Below are positions 1 through 8,286 of a stretch of DNA of 64,000 bases, one piece after another (positions within the stretch are counted from its first letter, which is position 1; every line of letters starts with the position of its first letter). The stretch lies in NCBI GenBank assembly GCA_038231455.1, contig JBBRLI010000005.1, positions 96,001-160,000 on the forward strand, read 5' to 3'. Position numbers and translations under genes: made by a program. This stretch comes from Vulcanimicrobiales bacterium. GTDB taxonomy: Bacteria; Vulcanimicrobiota; Vulcanimicrobiia; Vulcanimicrobiales; Vulcanimicrobiaceae. The notes under the pieces are model-generated. The model had not been told where the DNA came from and searched no databases. It was given only the letters and a program-made list of their open reading frames with translations.

Positions 1-1
1 C

Positions 2-577
2 CTGGCCTTAGGAATTCTGTCGCGGCCAATCTTACGTGTCGAGTACATCGGCGGTAAGTGGCTAGGCGTGTGTTTTGCCGTCCTATTGGGCGCGCTGCCA
101 AGCGTGACGCTCGAGTTTCTCGTCGTCTTTTGGACGACCGGCTACATGCCGCCTCATCCCCTCGCTGCGCTCGCCTCATTCGCCGTGTTTGGGATGCTCG
201 TCGCAACACTCGCGCTCGCCCTTGGAACGCGCTTCGGCGCACTCGCAAGCGCGATCGTCGGGACGTTCGGCTTCGGTCTTGAATGGATCGCCGGTATTAC
301 CGAACGACTGGGCGTTCAGTGGGGAAACGACGGTCTTGCCAACGTGGCAACCGCGATTGGCCTCGCCTTGCCGACCGACAGTTATTGGCGTGCAGCGCAG
401 TGGGCGGTCCAGCCGAGCGTCATCACGGCGGCCTTCAACACACGCGACGCCTACGCGAAGGCGGGTCCGCTCGCGGGAGCGTTGCCGCCGACGGTGGCGA
501 TGATGCTGCTGACCGCGCTCTGGTTTCTTGCGGTCCTGATCCTAGCAATGCGCGGGTTTGCGCATCGCGATCTATGA
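2..577 (+). CDS. ABC transporter permease (ABC-2 type), 5' truncated by window edge
   Basis: Frame is open from base 2 (LALGILSRPILRVEYIGGKWLG, typical ABC-2 permease motif); several hydrophobic helices; ends in RGFAHRDL. Confidence 0.8.
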   Translation: MALGILSRPILRVEYIGGKWLGVCFAVLLGALPSVTLEFLVVFWTTGYMPPHPLAALASFAVFGMLVATLALALGTRFGALASAIVGTFGFGLEWIAGITERLGVQWGNDGLANVATAIGLALPTDSYWRAAQWAVQPSVITAAFNTRDAYAKAGPLAGALPPTVAMMLLTALWFLAVLILAMRGFAHRDL

Positions 578-748
578 GATAGCGGAGACGATTCCGTAAC
601 GTTTTTGGAGCTTGGCGCGGTCTTCGTCGAACATGGCGCGGATGCGTTCCGACTCGGTAACCGCGGCTTTCACCGCGACGTCGTTGGCTTTTGCTTTGCG
701 ACGTGCTTCGGTGGCTTTAGCTTTCATCGCGGTCAATTTATCACTCAT
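572..748 (-). CDS. small basic helical hypothetical protein (58 aa)
   Basis: Read by hand, below the ORF-track cutoff: MSDKLTAMKAKATEARRKAKANDVAVKAAVTESERIRAMFDEDRAKLQKRYGIVSAIS; fills the gap between convergent genes. Confidence 0.45.
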   Translation of the reverse strand: MSDKLTAMKAKATEARRKAKANDVAVKAAVTESERIRAMFDEDRAKLQKRYGIVSAIS

Positions 749-845
749 CCTCTTCAGGTTGCCGATTCACGTTAATCGACCTCTTTTCGCCTGCGGAACC
801 TCGCTTGCCGCACGGGTAATCGCGCCGTTTCCATCGCGTGGTCCA

Positions 846-2024
846 TCAATGGGCGGCGAGCGACGGGGCGTAGCCGTAAAACCAATCGGTATCGCTGAAG
901 TCGTCGGACTTGCGCGCTCGCAGATGCTTGTCTCGCGCGTCGCGCTCGGGGCCGGGGTGCAGATGCCAATAGTCGCCCCAGGCTCGGGCGAGCGTCTGCA
1001 CCTGCGCGGTGCGTGGCTGGCGCTCATTTTGGTAGGCACGAAGTCCTGCATCGATCCCTGAGGCCGCAATGGCGTCGGCGAAAACGACGGAATCTTCGAG
1101 TGCTTGGGCCGCGCCTTGGGCCAAGTATTGGAGCATCGGGTGAGCTGCGTCCCCGAGTAAGGCGATACGGTTGCGCGACCAACGCGTAATCGGTAAGCGA
1201 TCGAACATCGGCCAGCGGCGATTGCGCTTGATTTTCGTGAGAGCCGAGCGCACGAGTTCCGCACCCGTGCCGAAGTGCGCGTCCATTTCCTCGGGTGTGC
1301 CCCAGTCATCGGAATCAGCGCGATACCGCGGGCTTTTAAAGACCGCGACCTGGTTGTAGAGTTCGCCGCGTCGCACGGGATACTGAACCAAGTGCATGTC
1401 GGGACCCGTCCAGAGCATGACGCTATCGAGGCCCGCGTGTTCCGAGATTTCCGAGATCGGAATCGCTCCGCGATACGCAACGTACTGCGAGCACACGGGA
1501 TCGCCGTCGTCCACGAGAAACGCCCGGATCGTCGACCAGAGTCCATCGGCGCCGACCAGCAATTCGGCGGTGTAGGTGGATCCGTCGGCACAGTGCACCG
1601 CCGCAGAATCGCCGCGATCTTCAATGCGCGTGACGTCTTTGTTCGTTTCGAGGCGAATGCGCGGATGCGCGCGGCAGCGAGCGAGGAGCGCGCTTAGGAG
1701 ATCGCTGCGGTGCATGACCAGGTACTTGTAGTGATAGTGCGCTCGAAACGCGTCGCCCAAATCAAGGGTGGTCAGCCGGTCGCCGGAGACCGCGTCCATC
1801 CACTGGATCTGTGAGGGAAAGACGGCGTGCTCGTGGACGGCCGCGAGGATCCCGAGCCGATCGAGCGCCCACGATGCGTTGGGCGCAAGTTGGATGCCCG
1901 CGCCGATTTCGCCGAATTCCAACGCTTTCTCGATCACGAACACGTCGATGTCGTGTTGCGCGAGCGCGAGAGCCGTCGCAAGTCCGCCGATCCCGCCGCC
2001 TGCAATGAGAATTGCCATCTCCAC
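846..2024 (-). CDS. FAD-dependent monooxygenase (3-hydroxybenzoate 6-hydroxylase/salicylate hydroxylase family)
   Basis: GGGIGG dinucleotide-binding motif, GAGIQL, GADGLWS (DG motif), LLGDAAHPMLQYLAQGAAQALED (GD motif). Confidence 0.88.
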   Translation of the reverse strand: MEMAILIAGGGIGGLATALALAQHDIDVFVIEKALEFGEIGAGIQLAPNASWALDRLGILAAVHEHAVFPSQIQWMDAVSGDRLTTLDLGDAFRAHYHYKYLVMHRSDLLSALLARCRAHPRIRLETNKDVTRIEDRGDSAAVHCADGSTYTAELLVGADGLWSTIRAFLVDDGDPVCSQYVAYRGAIPISEISEHAGLDSVMLWTGPDMHLVQYPVRRGELYNQVAVFKSPRYRADSDDWGTPEEMDAHFGTGAELVRSALTKIKRNRRWPMFDRLPITRWSRNRIALLGDAAHPMLQYLAQGAAQALEDSVVFADAIAASGIDAGLRAYQNERQPRTAQVQTLARAWGDYWHLHPGPERDARDKHLRARKSDDFSDTDWFYGYAPSLAAH

Positions 2025-2112
2025 ATCTTCTCAACCGCGCTGCCAAAGCACTTGTCCCTTGGCAGACGGAATGCGCGTGGAAGTTTGCGAACGAGGCGCC
2101 ATGCCACTACAT

Positions 2113-3261
2113 ATGGTCCGGTTTTTCGCTTGCATGCTGCTCTGCTGTGCGATGCTTGCCCCGTCGCTCGTTCAGGCCGCGGAACTCGATCCGACGGCCG
2201 CGCTGCTGCGCGATATCTCCAATGCCGCAGGGCCTTCGGGGTTCGAAGAACCCGTGCGCAAATTAATGGTCGAACACATGCGCCCGTTCACCAAAAGCAT
2301 CACCTACGATGGGCTGGGGTCGGTGATTGCAACGCAAGGCACGAGCGGTCCGCGCGTGATGCTCGATGCGCATATGGACGAACTCGGCGGGATGGTTCGG
2401 CGGATCACGGGCGACGGCTTCTTGAGCATGCAGATGCTAGGAGGTTGGCTCGATCAGGCGCTTGTCGATCAGCGCTGGGTGATCATCACGGCACGCGGAC
2501 CGGTGAAGGCCGTCACGGGCATGCGCGACGTCCACGTCGTGACGACCGATGAACGCACGCGCGTGTTTTCTCGCGATTCGCTCTTTTTGGATATCGGCGC
2601 GAAAACCGCAGCCGAAGCGCGCGCGATGGGTGTCGAACCCGGCGACCCGATCGTGCCCGATGCGCCCTTCGAGATCCTCAACGGCTCGCAAAATTATCTC
2701 GGCAAAGCCTGGGACGACCGCGCGGGATGCGCGGTGCTGCTCGAAGTCATGCGCCGTTTTGCCACGCTCCCGCATCCGAATCAAATTTTCTATGCCGCGA
2801 CCACGCAAGAAGAAGTGGGCTTACGCGGCGCTCATTCGGCTGCCGATGCAATCAAGCCGGATGTTGGTATTGCGATCGAAGGCGGCATCGCCGGCGACAT
2901 GCCGGGGACGCATCCCGAAGAAACACAGGCAAAACTCGGTGCCGGTCCGGGCATTTTTCTCTACGATTCAAGCGCTCTACCCAATCGCAAGATGGTCGCG
3001 TTGACGAAGGCGGCCGCGGCGGAGAAGAAGATTCCGCTGCAACTCGATCTCGTGCAAGGCTACGGCGATGATTCGGCCGAGATCCAGAAGAGCACGATGG
3101 GCGTGCCGACGGTGAACCTCGTGGTTCCGGTGCGCTACACCCACGCGCACAATGGGGTGATGAACCGCGGCGATTTCGACCACATGGTTGACCTTGTGGT
3201 CGCCATGATCCAGAAACTCGATGGGCCGACGGTCGCCAAGATGCGCGACTTCACGCCGTAA
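2113..3261 (+). CDS. M42 family metallo-aminopeptidase with predicted signal peptide
   Basis: GPSGFE, AHMDELG, KAWDDRAG, QEEVGLRGA and RYTH motifs; start trimmed to ATG 2113 (MVRFFACMLLCCAMLAPSLVQA). Confidence 0.88.
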   Translation: MVRFFACMLLCCAMLAPSLVQAAELDPTAALLRDISNAAGPSGFEEPVRKLMVEHMRPFTKSITYDGLGSVIATQGTSGPRVMLDAHMDELGGMVRRITGDGFLSMQMLGGWLDQALVDQRWVIITARGPVKAVTGMRDVHVVTTDERTRVFSRDSLFLDIGAKTAAEARAMGVEPGDPIVPDAPFEILNGSQNYLGKAWDDRAGCAVLLEVMRRFATLPHPNQIFYAATTQEEVGLRGAHSAADAIKPDVGIAIEGGIAGDMPGTHPEETQAKLGAGPGIFLYDSSALPNRKMVALTKAAAAEKKIPLQLDLVQGYGDDSAEIQKSTMGVPTVNLVVPVRYTHAHNGVMNRGDFDHMVDLVVAMIQKLDGPTVAKMRDFTP

Positions 3262-3279
3262 GGCGCGTTCCAGAAAGGC

Positions 3280-3311
3280 CGGCGAGGTGGAGTTGACACC
3301 TCGCCGTTTTT
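3280..3311 (+). terminator. intrinsic terminator after the M42 peptidase
   Basis: 10-bp stem CGGCGAGGTG/CACCTCGCCG, 7-nt loop, followed by TTTTT. Confidence 0.75.
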
Positions 3312-3323
3312 GGCGCATACATA

Positions 3324-3337
3324 TAACCAGATGGTTA
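3324..3337 (+). promoter_or_regulatory. probable ArsR autoregulatory operator overlapping the start codon
   Basis: Inverted repeat TAACC-AGAT-GGTTA spans ATG 3331; TTGACA at 3293-3298 upstream. Confidence 0.55.
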
Positions 3338-3675
3338 AACAAAGTGCCGACCTCGATGCCGTGTTCTCCGCGCTCGCCGACCCGACTCGGCGGAAGATCG
3401 TCGAGCGATTGACGCGCGGGGATCTCTCGGCCGGTGAAATAGCCGCCGGGTTTTCGATCTCTCAACCGGCGATCTCAAAGCACCTCAAAGTGCTAGAACG
3501 CTCGGGACTCTTGAAACGCAAAATCATCGGACGCGAACATCACCTGCGCCTTGCCCCACGAGCGATGCAAGCCGCAACGTCGTGGATTGAAACGCAGCAG
3601 AAATTTTGGACCGCTTCCTTCGACCGCCTGGACACCTATCTCGCCACAACGAAAGATGAGGACGACAAGCGATGA
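3331..3675 (+). CDS. ArsR/SmtB family transcriptional regulator
   Basis: FSALADPTRRKIV...SQPAISKHLKVLERSGL helix-turn-helix; ATGA overlap with the SRPBCC gene. Confidence 0.9.
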   Translation: MVKQSADLDAVFSALADPTRRKIVERLTRGDLSAGEIAAGFSISQPAISKHLKVLERSGLLKRKIIGREHHLRLAPRAMQAATSWIETQQKFWTASFDRLDTYLATTKDEDDKR

Positions 3676-4127
3676 ACCAGACCAAAACGGCGAATGCGCC
3701 GATGCTTACCTTGCGCCGCACGTTCGCCGCGCCGCGCGCCCGCGTATTCGATGCCTGGACAAAACCCGACGTGCTCAAAGAATGGTTCGGGCCGCCGGGA
3801 TTTACGATTCCAACCGTCTCGATGGACGTGGTCGTCGGAGGCGCGTATCGAATCGTCATGCGCGCACCGGACGGCGAAGATTACATCGTGACCGGCGAAT
3901 TCAAAGCGATTCGCCCGCCGGAGCATCTCTCGTACACCTGGATCTGGGATGAAATGCCGCCGGATCCACAAGTGAATACGCTCGTGAGCATCGACTTCAT
4001 CGAGCACGGAAACGAAACCGAGATCGTGCTCACGCACGAAGGTTTCGCAAGCGAAGAATCGCGCGACCGGCATCAGAAGGGCTGGCTCGATACGTTCGCG
4101 AGCCTCGAGAAAGTCGTCACGACCTAA
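3672..4127 (+). CDS. SRPBCC/AHSA1 (START-like) domain protein
   Basis: RTFAAPRARVFDAWTKP...WFGP, GGAYRIVM, HQKGW; classic ArsR-SRPBCC pair. Confidence 0.88.
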   Translation: MNQTKTANAPMLTLRRTFAAPRARVFDAWTKPDVLKEWFGPPGFTIPTVSMDVVVGGAYRIVMRAPDGEDYIVTGEFKAIRPPEHLSYTWIWDEMPPDPQVNTLVSIDFIEHGNETEIVLTHEGFASEESRDRHQKGWLDTFASLEKVVTT

Positions 4128-4165
4128 GCAAAGGCAGCGGCATCGCATCGCCGAAGCGTGATGCG

Positions 4166-4402
4166 ATGCCGAACTCCGATACGAGCTGGGACGATCGCCT
4201 GCTGCCGCTCCTAACGGATGATTGGCAGAGCGCGGACTATCTGGCCGCCCGACTCCACGCGCCCGCACACACGGTCCTCGCGCGCCTGAAGGACATGATG
4301 CGCCGCAATCTCGTCGAGCGACGCATCACGCAAAAGCCGACGGGCAAAGGCCCGACCGGCCGGCCGTTGCAGATGGCCGAGTTCCGGCGCACGCCACTCT
4401 AG
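4166..4402 (+). CDS. small winged-helix domain protein
   Basis: SADYLAARL...TVLARLKDMMRRNLVERR...GRP pattern; fits between co-directional genes. Confidence 0.6.
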   Translation: MPNSDTSWDDRLLPLLTDDWQSADYLAARLHAPAHTVLARLKDMMRRNLVERRITQKPTGKGPTGRPLQMAEFRRTPL

Positions 4403-4411
4403 CGAACGACC

Positions 4412-5581
4412 GTGACTGATACCGTTGCCTCGAGCGTCGCGGCGTTCGTTGCGCTGCTCGCTTACGGTCTCACCGTTTCCATCGCAGCACAGCGCGTCCG
4501 CGTGCCGCCTGCTGTGTTACTCGTCGTCGTCGGCGCGATCTTTGGCACCATTTGGCATATCGCCCCGCCGTTTTCGTTTGGTCCGGCGCTGCTCGTCGTG
4601 TTCTTGCCGCCGCTCATCTTCGAGGCGGCATGGAATATCGATCTTGGCGAGATGCGGCGAGCCGCAGGGACGATCGCGACACTTGCCCTGCCGGGCACGC
4701 TCTTTAGCGCGTTTGCGATCGCTGGCGCGCTCGTTGTCATGCACGTCTTCGATTTTCCGATTGCGCTGCTCTTTGGTGCGATCGTCTGCGCGACCGATCC
4801 CGTGGCGGTTGTCGCCGTCTTTCGCAACGTTGCTGCACCCGCTCGCCTTGCGACGATCGTTGAAGCGGAGTCCCTTGCAAACGACGGTGTTGCCGTGGTC
4901 CTCTACGGCATCGCGCTTACCGTCGTCGGCGGCGGCGCAGTGGCATGGGCTTCTGGATCGCTGCAGCTCATCGTGTCGATCGGTGGCGGAATCTTGGTCG
5001 GGACGCTCTGCGCGATTCCGTCGTGGCTCGCACTTCGCCTCATTACCCTTGCCGAATACGAAGTCGCCGGTACGGTGGCGCTGGCGTACATCGCTTATTT
5101 GATCGCTGACCGTCTTGGCGTCTCCGGAATTTTCGCGACCACAGCAGCTGCAATTGCTTTACGCGCACTCTTGACTCGTCGAGCCAACCTCGATCACCGC
5201 GCTGACGTCGATGTCTTTTGGAATGCGACCGCATTTATCGCAAACGCCGTAGTCTTTCTTGCAACCGGTCTGCTGATCGATCTCCCGCGCGCCGTGCACG
5301 AGCCGGTGCTCGTGTTGACCGCCGTCATCGCAACCGTTGGGTCGCGCGTGTTCTTGGCGTTTGTTGCTGCTCGCGATCTGGCTGGACGAACCACCTTCGT
5401 CCTCGCCGGGATGCGCGGTGCGCTGCCACTTGCGCTGGCACTTGCATTGCCGCAGTCGATGCCGCATCGGGCGGAAATTGTCGACGGTGTGTTCGCGGTC
5501 GTTCTCGTAACACTCGTCGTACAGGGCGCTCCGCTCGAAGCCGTCGTGCGCCGATTCTATGGAGCGGCTCCGCGTTCGTAG
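4412..5581 (+). CDS. cation:proton antiporter (CPA1, Na+/H+)
   Basis: FLPPLIFEAA, ATDPVAV, ESLANDG, GMRGAL motifs; many TM helices. Confidence 0.9.
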   Translation: MTDTVASSVAAFVALLAYGLTVSIAAQRVRVPPAVLLVVVGAIFGTIWHIAPPFSFGPALLVVFLPPLIFEAAWNIDLGEMRRAAGTIATLALPGTLFSAFAIAGALVVMHVFDFPIALLFGAIVCATDPVAVVAVFRNVAAPARLATIVEAESLANDGVAVVLYGIALTVVGGGAVAWASGSLQLIVSIGGGILVGTLCAIPSWLALRLITLAEYEVAGTVALAYIAYLIADRLGVSGIFATTAAAIALRALLTRRANLDHRADVDVFWNATAFIANAVVFLATGLLIDLPRAVHEPVLVLTAVIATVGSRVFLAFVAARDLAGRTTFVLAGMRGALPLALALALPQSMPHRAEIVDGVFAVVLVTLVVQGAPLEAVVRRFYGAAPRS

Positions 5582-6822
5582 CTGCGAGCGGAGCGCTCGA
5601 GCAAGAGCGTTCGCTCCCGCAAATTTTCGGTGAGCATCGCTGCGCGCTTGAATTCGATCGTGGCTTCGGCGAACCGCTCGAGCTTGAAGAGAAAGTCGCC
5701 GCGTACGCTTGGCAAAAGATAATAACTCGCAAGCGCCGGTTCGTGGGCGATGGAATCGATGATCTCAAGGCCCAACGCCGGTCCGTAGGCCATCGACACG
5801 GCGACGGCGCGATTGAGTTCGACAATCGGGCTCGGTGCGATTTGCGCGAGGGCGTCGTAGAGTGCGACGATGCATTGCCAGTCGGTCTTGCTTGCAACAC
5901 GAGCGCGGGCATGACATGCGGCGATCGCCGCCTGCAGTGCGTAAGGTCCAAGTGTTCCGTGCCGTTCGGCACGCGCAAGCGACGCGAGGCCGCGCCGAAT
6001 CAGGAGGCCATCCCAGCGACTGCGGTCTTGGTCCAGTAAGAGCACGGGTTCACCGCCGGGCCCGATCCGCGCGCGAAGACGCGAGGCTTGCAATTCCATG
6101 AGCGCAACGAGGCCGTGCACTTCAGCATCGTGCGGTACGAGCTCGGCGAGAACGCGTCCGACGCGAATGGCATCGTTGCAGAGCTCCGGGCGCGTCCAAT
6201 GCTCGCCCGCAGTCGCCGAGTAGCCCTCGTTGAAGATCAAATAAATAACGCCGAGCACCGACCCGAGTCGAGCCGGCAAGTCCGCTGTCGTCGGTACTTC
6301 GAAGGGGACGTGCGCTTCGGAAAGGGTGCGCTTCGCGCGCACGATACGCTGAGCGATGGTGGCGAGCGGAAGAAGAAACGCCGCTGCGATTTCTTCCGTG
6401 GTGAGACCGCCGACCAAACGCAGCGTAAGCGCGACGCGTGCCTCCATTGCGAGGATCGGATGACACGCGATGAGGATCAAGCGAAGAAGGGCATCATCTA
6501 CGCCCTCGTCGACGGCGGCGAATGGGTCGCTATCGTCTGCGAACGCCGCCTCCCGACCGATCGCCTCGTTTTTGCGCGCCATGTTCGTCGTTCTGCGGAT
6601 GGCATCGAGCGCGCGACGTTTGCCGACAGTCATCAGCCACGCGCCCGGATTTTCGGGGACACCGGTTTGCGGCCAACTCTCGAGCGCGGCGACGAGCGCA
6701 TCGTGGGCGAATTCTTCGGCTTGGCCGAGGTCCCCGACGATGCGCGCCAGTCCCGCGATGAGTTTTGCCGATTCGATTCGCCACACGGCATCGATCGTGC
6801 GATTGACGTCGGTTGACGACAC
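5557..6822 (-). CDS. ECF RNA polymerase sigma factor with long C-terminal extension (ECF42-like)
   Basis: GVPENPGAWL, LRLILIACHP, IAQRIVRAKR, YLIFNEGY, QAAIAACHA, VELNRAVA; lies downstream of a YciI/DGPF gene. Confidence 0.88.
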   Translation of the reverse strand: MSSTDVNRTIDAVWRIESAKLIAGLARIVGDLGQAEEFAHDALVAALESWPQTGVPENPGAWLMTVGKRRALDAIRRTTNMARKNEAIGREAAFADDSDPFAAVDEGVDDALLRLILIACHPILAMEARVALTLRLVGGLTTEEIAAAFLLPLATIAQRIVRAKRTLSEAHVPFEVPTTADLPARLGSVLGVIYLIFNEGYSATAGEHWTRPELCNDAIRVGRVLAELVPHDAEVHGLVALMELQASRLRARIGPGGEPVLLLDQDRSRWDGLLIRRGLASLARAERHGTLGPYALQAAIAACHARARVASKTDWQCIVALYDALAQIAPSPIVELNRAVAVSMAYGPALGLEIIDSIAHEPALASYYLLPSVRGDFLFKLERFAEATIEFKRAAMLTENLRERTLLLERSARSYERGAAP

Positions 6823-6831
6823 GTCCGCGCG

Positions 6832-7257
6832 TTACGGTTTAACCATTTGCGTACGCATGCGTTCTTCTTGCTCGCGCAGTTCTGGCGTGAATGCATCGCC
6901 GAAATCATCGGCTTCGAACACCTGGCGCAGTTCGAGCACGACGTCCGCTTCACTCTCGATTGCGGGCCAGCGTTTGACCCATTCGAGCGCCTCCTCTTTC
7001 GAGCGCACTTCGATCATCGTGAACCCGGCGATGAGTTCTTTTGACTCGGCAAAAGGACCATCCATGACGCTGGGCTTTCCGGCGGAGAACGAAACGAGCG
7101 AGCCTTTCGCGGTCGGCTGCAGGCCTTCGGCGGCGACGAGAATACCCGCCTTCGCGAGTTCTTCGTGATACGTACCCATCGCGGCAAACAGATTTTCGGA
7201 TGGCATTACAAGCGCTTCGGTTTTCGCATCGGCGCGGCGAATGATCATAAATCGCAT
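6832..7257 (-). CDS. YciI family (DGPF) protein
   Basis: DGPFAESKELIAGF signature; start trimmed to ATG 7257, preceded by AGAAAGG. Confidence 0.9.
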   Translation of the reverse strand: MRFMIIRRADAKTEALVMPSENLFAAMGTYHEELAKAGILVAAEGLQPTAKGSLVSFSAGKPSVMDGPFAESKELIAGFTMIEVRSKEEALEWVKRWPAIESEADVVLELRQVFEADDFGDAFTPELREQEERMRTQMVKP

Positions 7258-7332
7258 TGGTAAGCCTTTCTCTTGCGGTGGTCGTTGAGCCGGTGCATCT
7301 CGCACGAGCCCCTTCGAGAGTTGGTTCTGATT

Positions 7333-7920
7333 TTACGTCGATCGAGGCGCAGCGAATTCGACATTGGCGCGAAAACATTCCGCGGCGTGGTCGTTTACCA
7401 CGCCCGTCGCCTGAAGATAGGCATAAACGATGGTTGGCCCGACAAAGCCGAAACCGCGCTGTTTGAGGTCGGCGCTGATCCGGTCGGAGAGCGGGGTCGT
7501 CGCGGGAAGCGGTGCTTCTAGGGGACGGTGCGTCACGATCGGTCGCTCATCGACAAACTTCCAGAGGTAAGCAGCAAACGATCCGAACTCACGCTGTACC
7601 GCGATGAACGCCACGGCGTTCTTGACCGTCGCGGCGATCTTGCCGCGGTGCCTGACGATCCTCGGATCGAGAGCAAGTTTTTTCATGGTCGCGACGGTAA
7701 AGCGGGCGACGGTCTGCGCATCAAAATCCTGAAATGCAGCGCGGTATCCGGCGCGCTTTCGTAAGACGGTGAGCCAACTGAGCCCGGCTTGCGCTCCTTC
7801 GAGGGTGAGCAGCTCGAAAAGCATCCGATCGTCGCGCTCCGGCACGCCCCACTCTTCATCGTGATACACGATTGATTCCGGCGCGGTCGCCCAACCGCAT
7901 CGAATTAGCGATCCGTTCAG
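7333..7920 (-). CDS. tag: DNA-3-methyladenine glycosylase I
   Basis: RCGW, YHDEEWG, LEGAQAGLSW, GFVGPTIVYAYLQATGVVNDH..C; start uncertain (CTG 7920 proposed). Confidence 0.9.
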   Translation of the reverse strand: MNGSLIRCGWATAPESIVYHDEEWGVPERDDRMLFELLTLEGAQAGLSWLTVLRKRAGYRAAFQDFDAQTVARFTVATMKKLALDPRIVRHRGKIAATVKNAVAFIAVQREFGSFAAYLWKFVDERPIVTHRPLEAPLPATTPLSDRISADLKQRGFGFVGPTIVYAYLQATGVVNDHAAECFRANVEFAAPRST

Positions 7921-8279
7921 TCGTGCGGGCTCGATGCGAACGCGATGCGGGATGAGGGCTGCGGCCGGTCGACGTTGTTTTTGAATATCCGCAGATGAAT
8001 GATCCGCCATGGGTGGCTGCGCGTGTCGGCTTGGGCCATGACGATCATCCCCGCTCGGAGGCGGTGGAGCGGGCCACGTTCGAGACGACAGACTTCCATT
8101 GCTTCGCCCGAGGTTTGTGTCGGGCCGCGGGCGATGAGGAGAGTCCCGCGCAAGTGGTCGACGGAGACGATTTTGCCCGCGAACCAGATGTCGTATCCCG
8201 GCTCGGCGGCGACGGCGAGCGTGCCCGCGCCAATGAGGACGAGCAGCAGGGCAAACGCACGAACCCGGGAGGCTCCCAT
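7917..8279 (-). CDS. secreted hypothetical protein, possible OB-fold
   Basis: Signal peptide (RVRAFALLLVLIGAGTLAVAA) then a beta-rich GKIVSVD...LRAGMIV segment; tightly packed between the LCP gene and tag. Confidence 0.6.
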   Translation of the reverse strand: MGASRVRAFALLLVLIGAGTLAVAAEPGYDIWFAGKIVSVDHLRGTLLIARGPTQTSGEAMEVCRLERGPLHRLRAGMIVMAQADTRSHPWRIIHLRIFKNNVDRPQPSSRIAFASSPHD

Positions 8280-8286
8280 GAATCAA

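Noticed and set aside
1768-2112. Long N-terminal extensions in the ORF track (also 12082, 23946, 32376, 33380, 39424, 44048, 55783)
   Set aside because: They overlap neighbouring real genes and carry no domain; they arise from first-start calling in GC-rich DNA.
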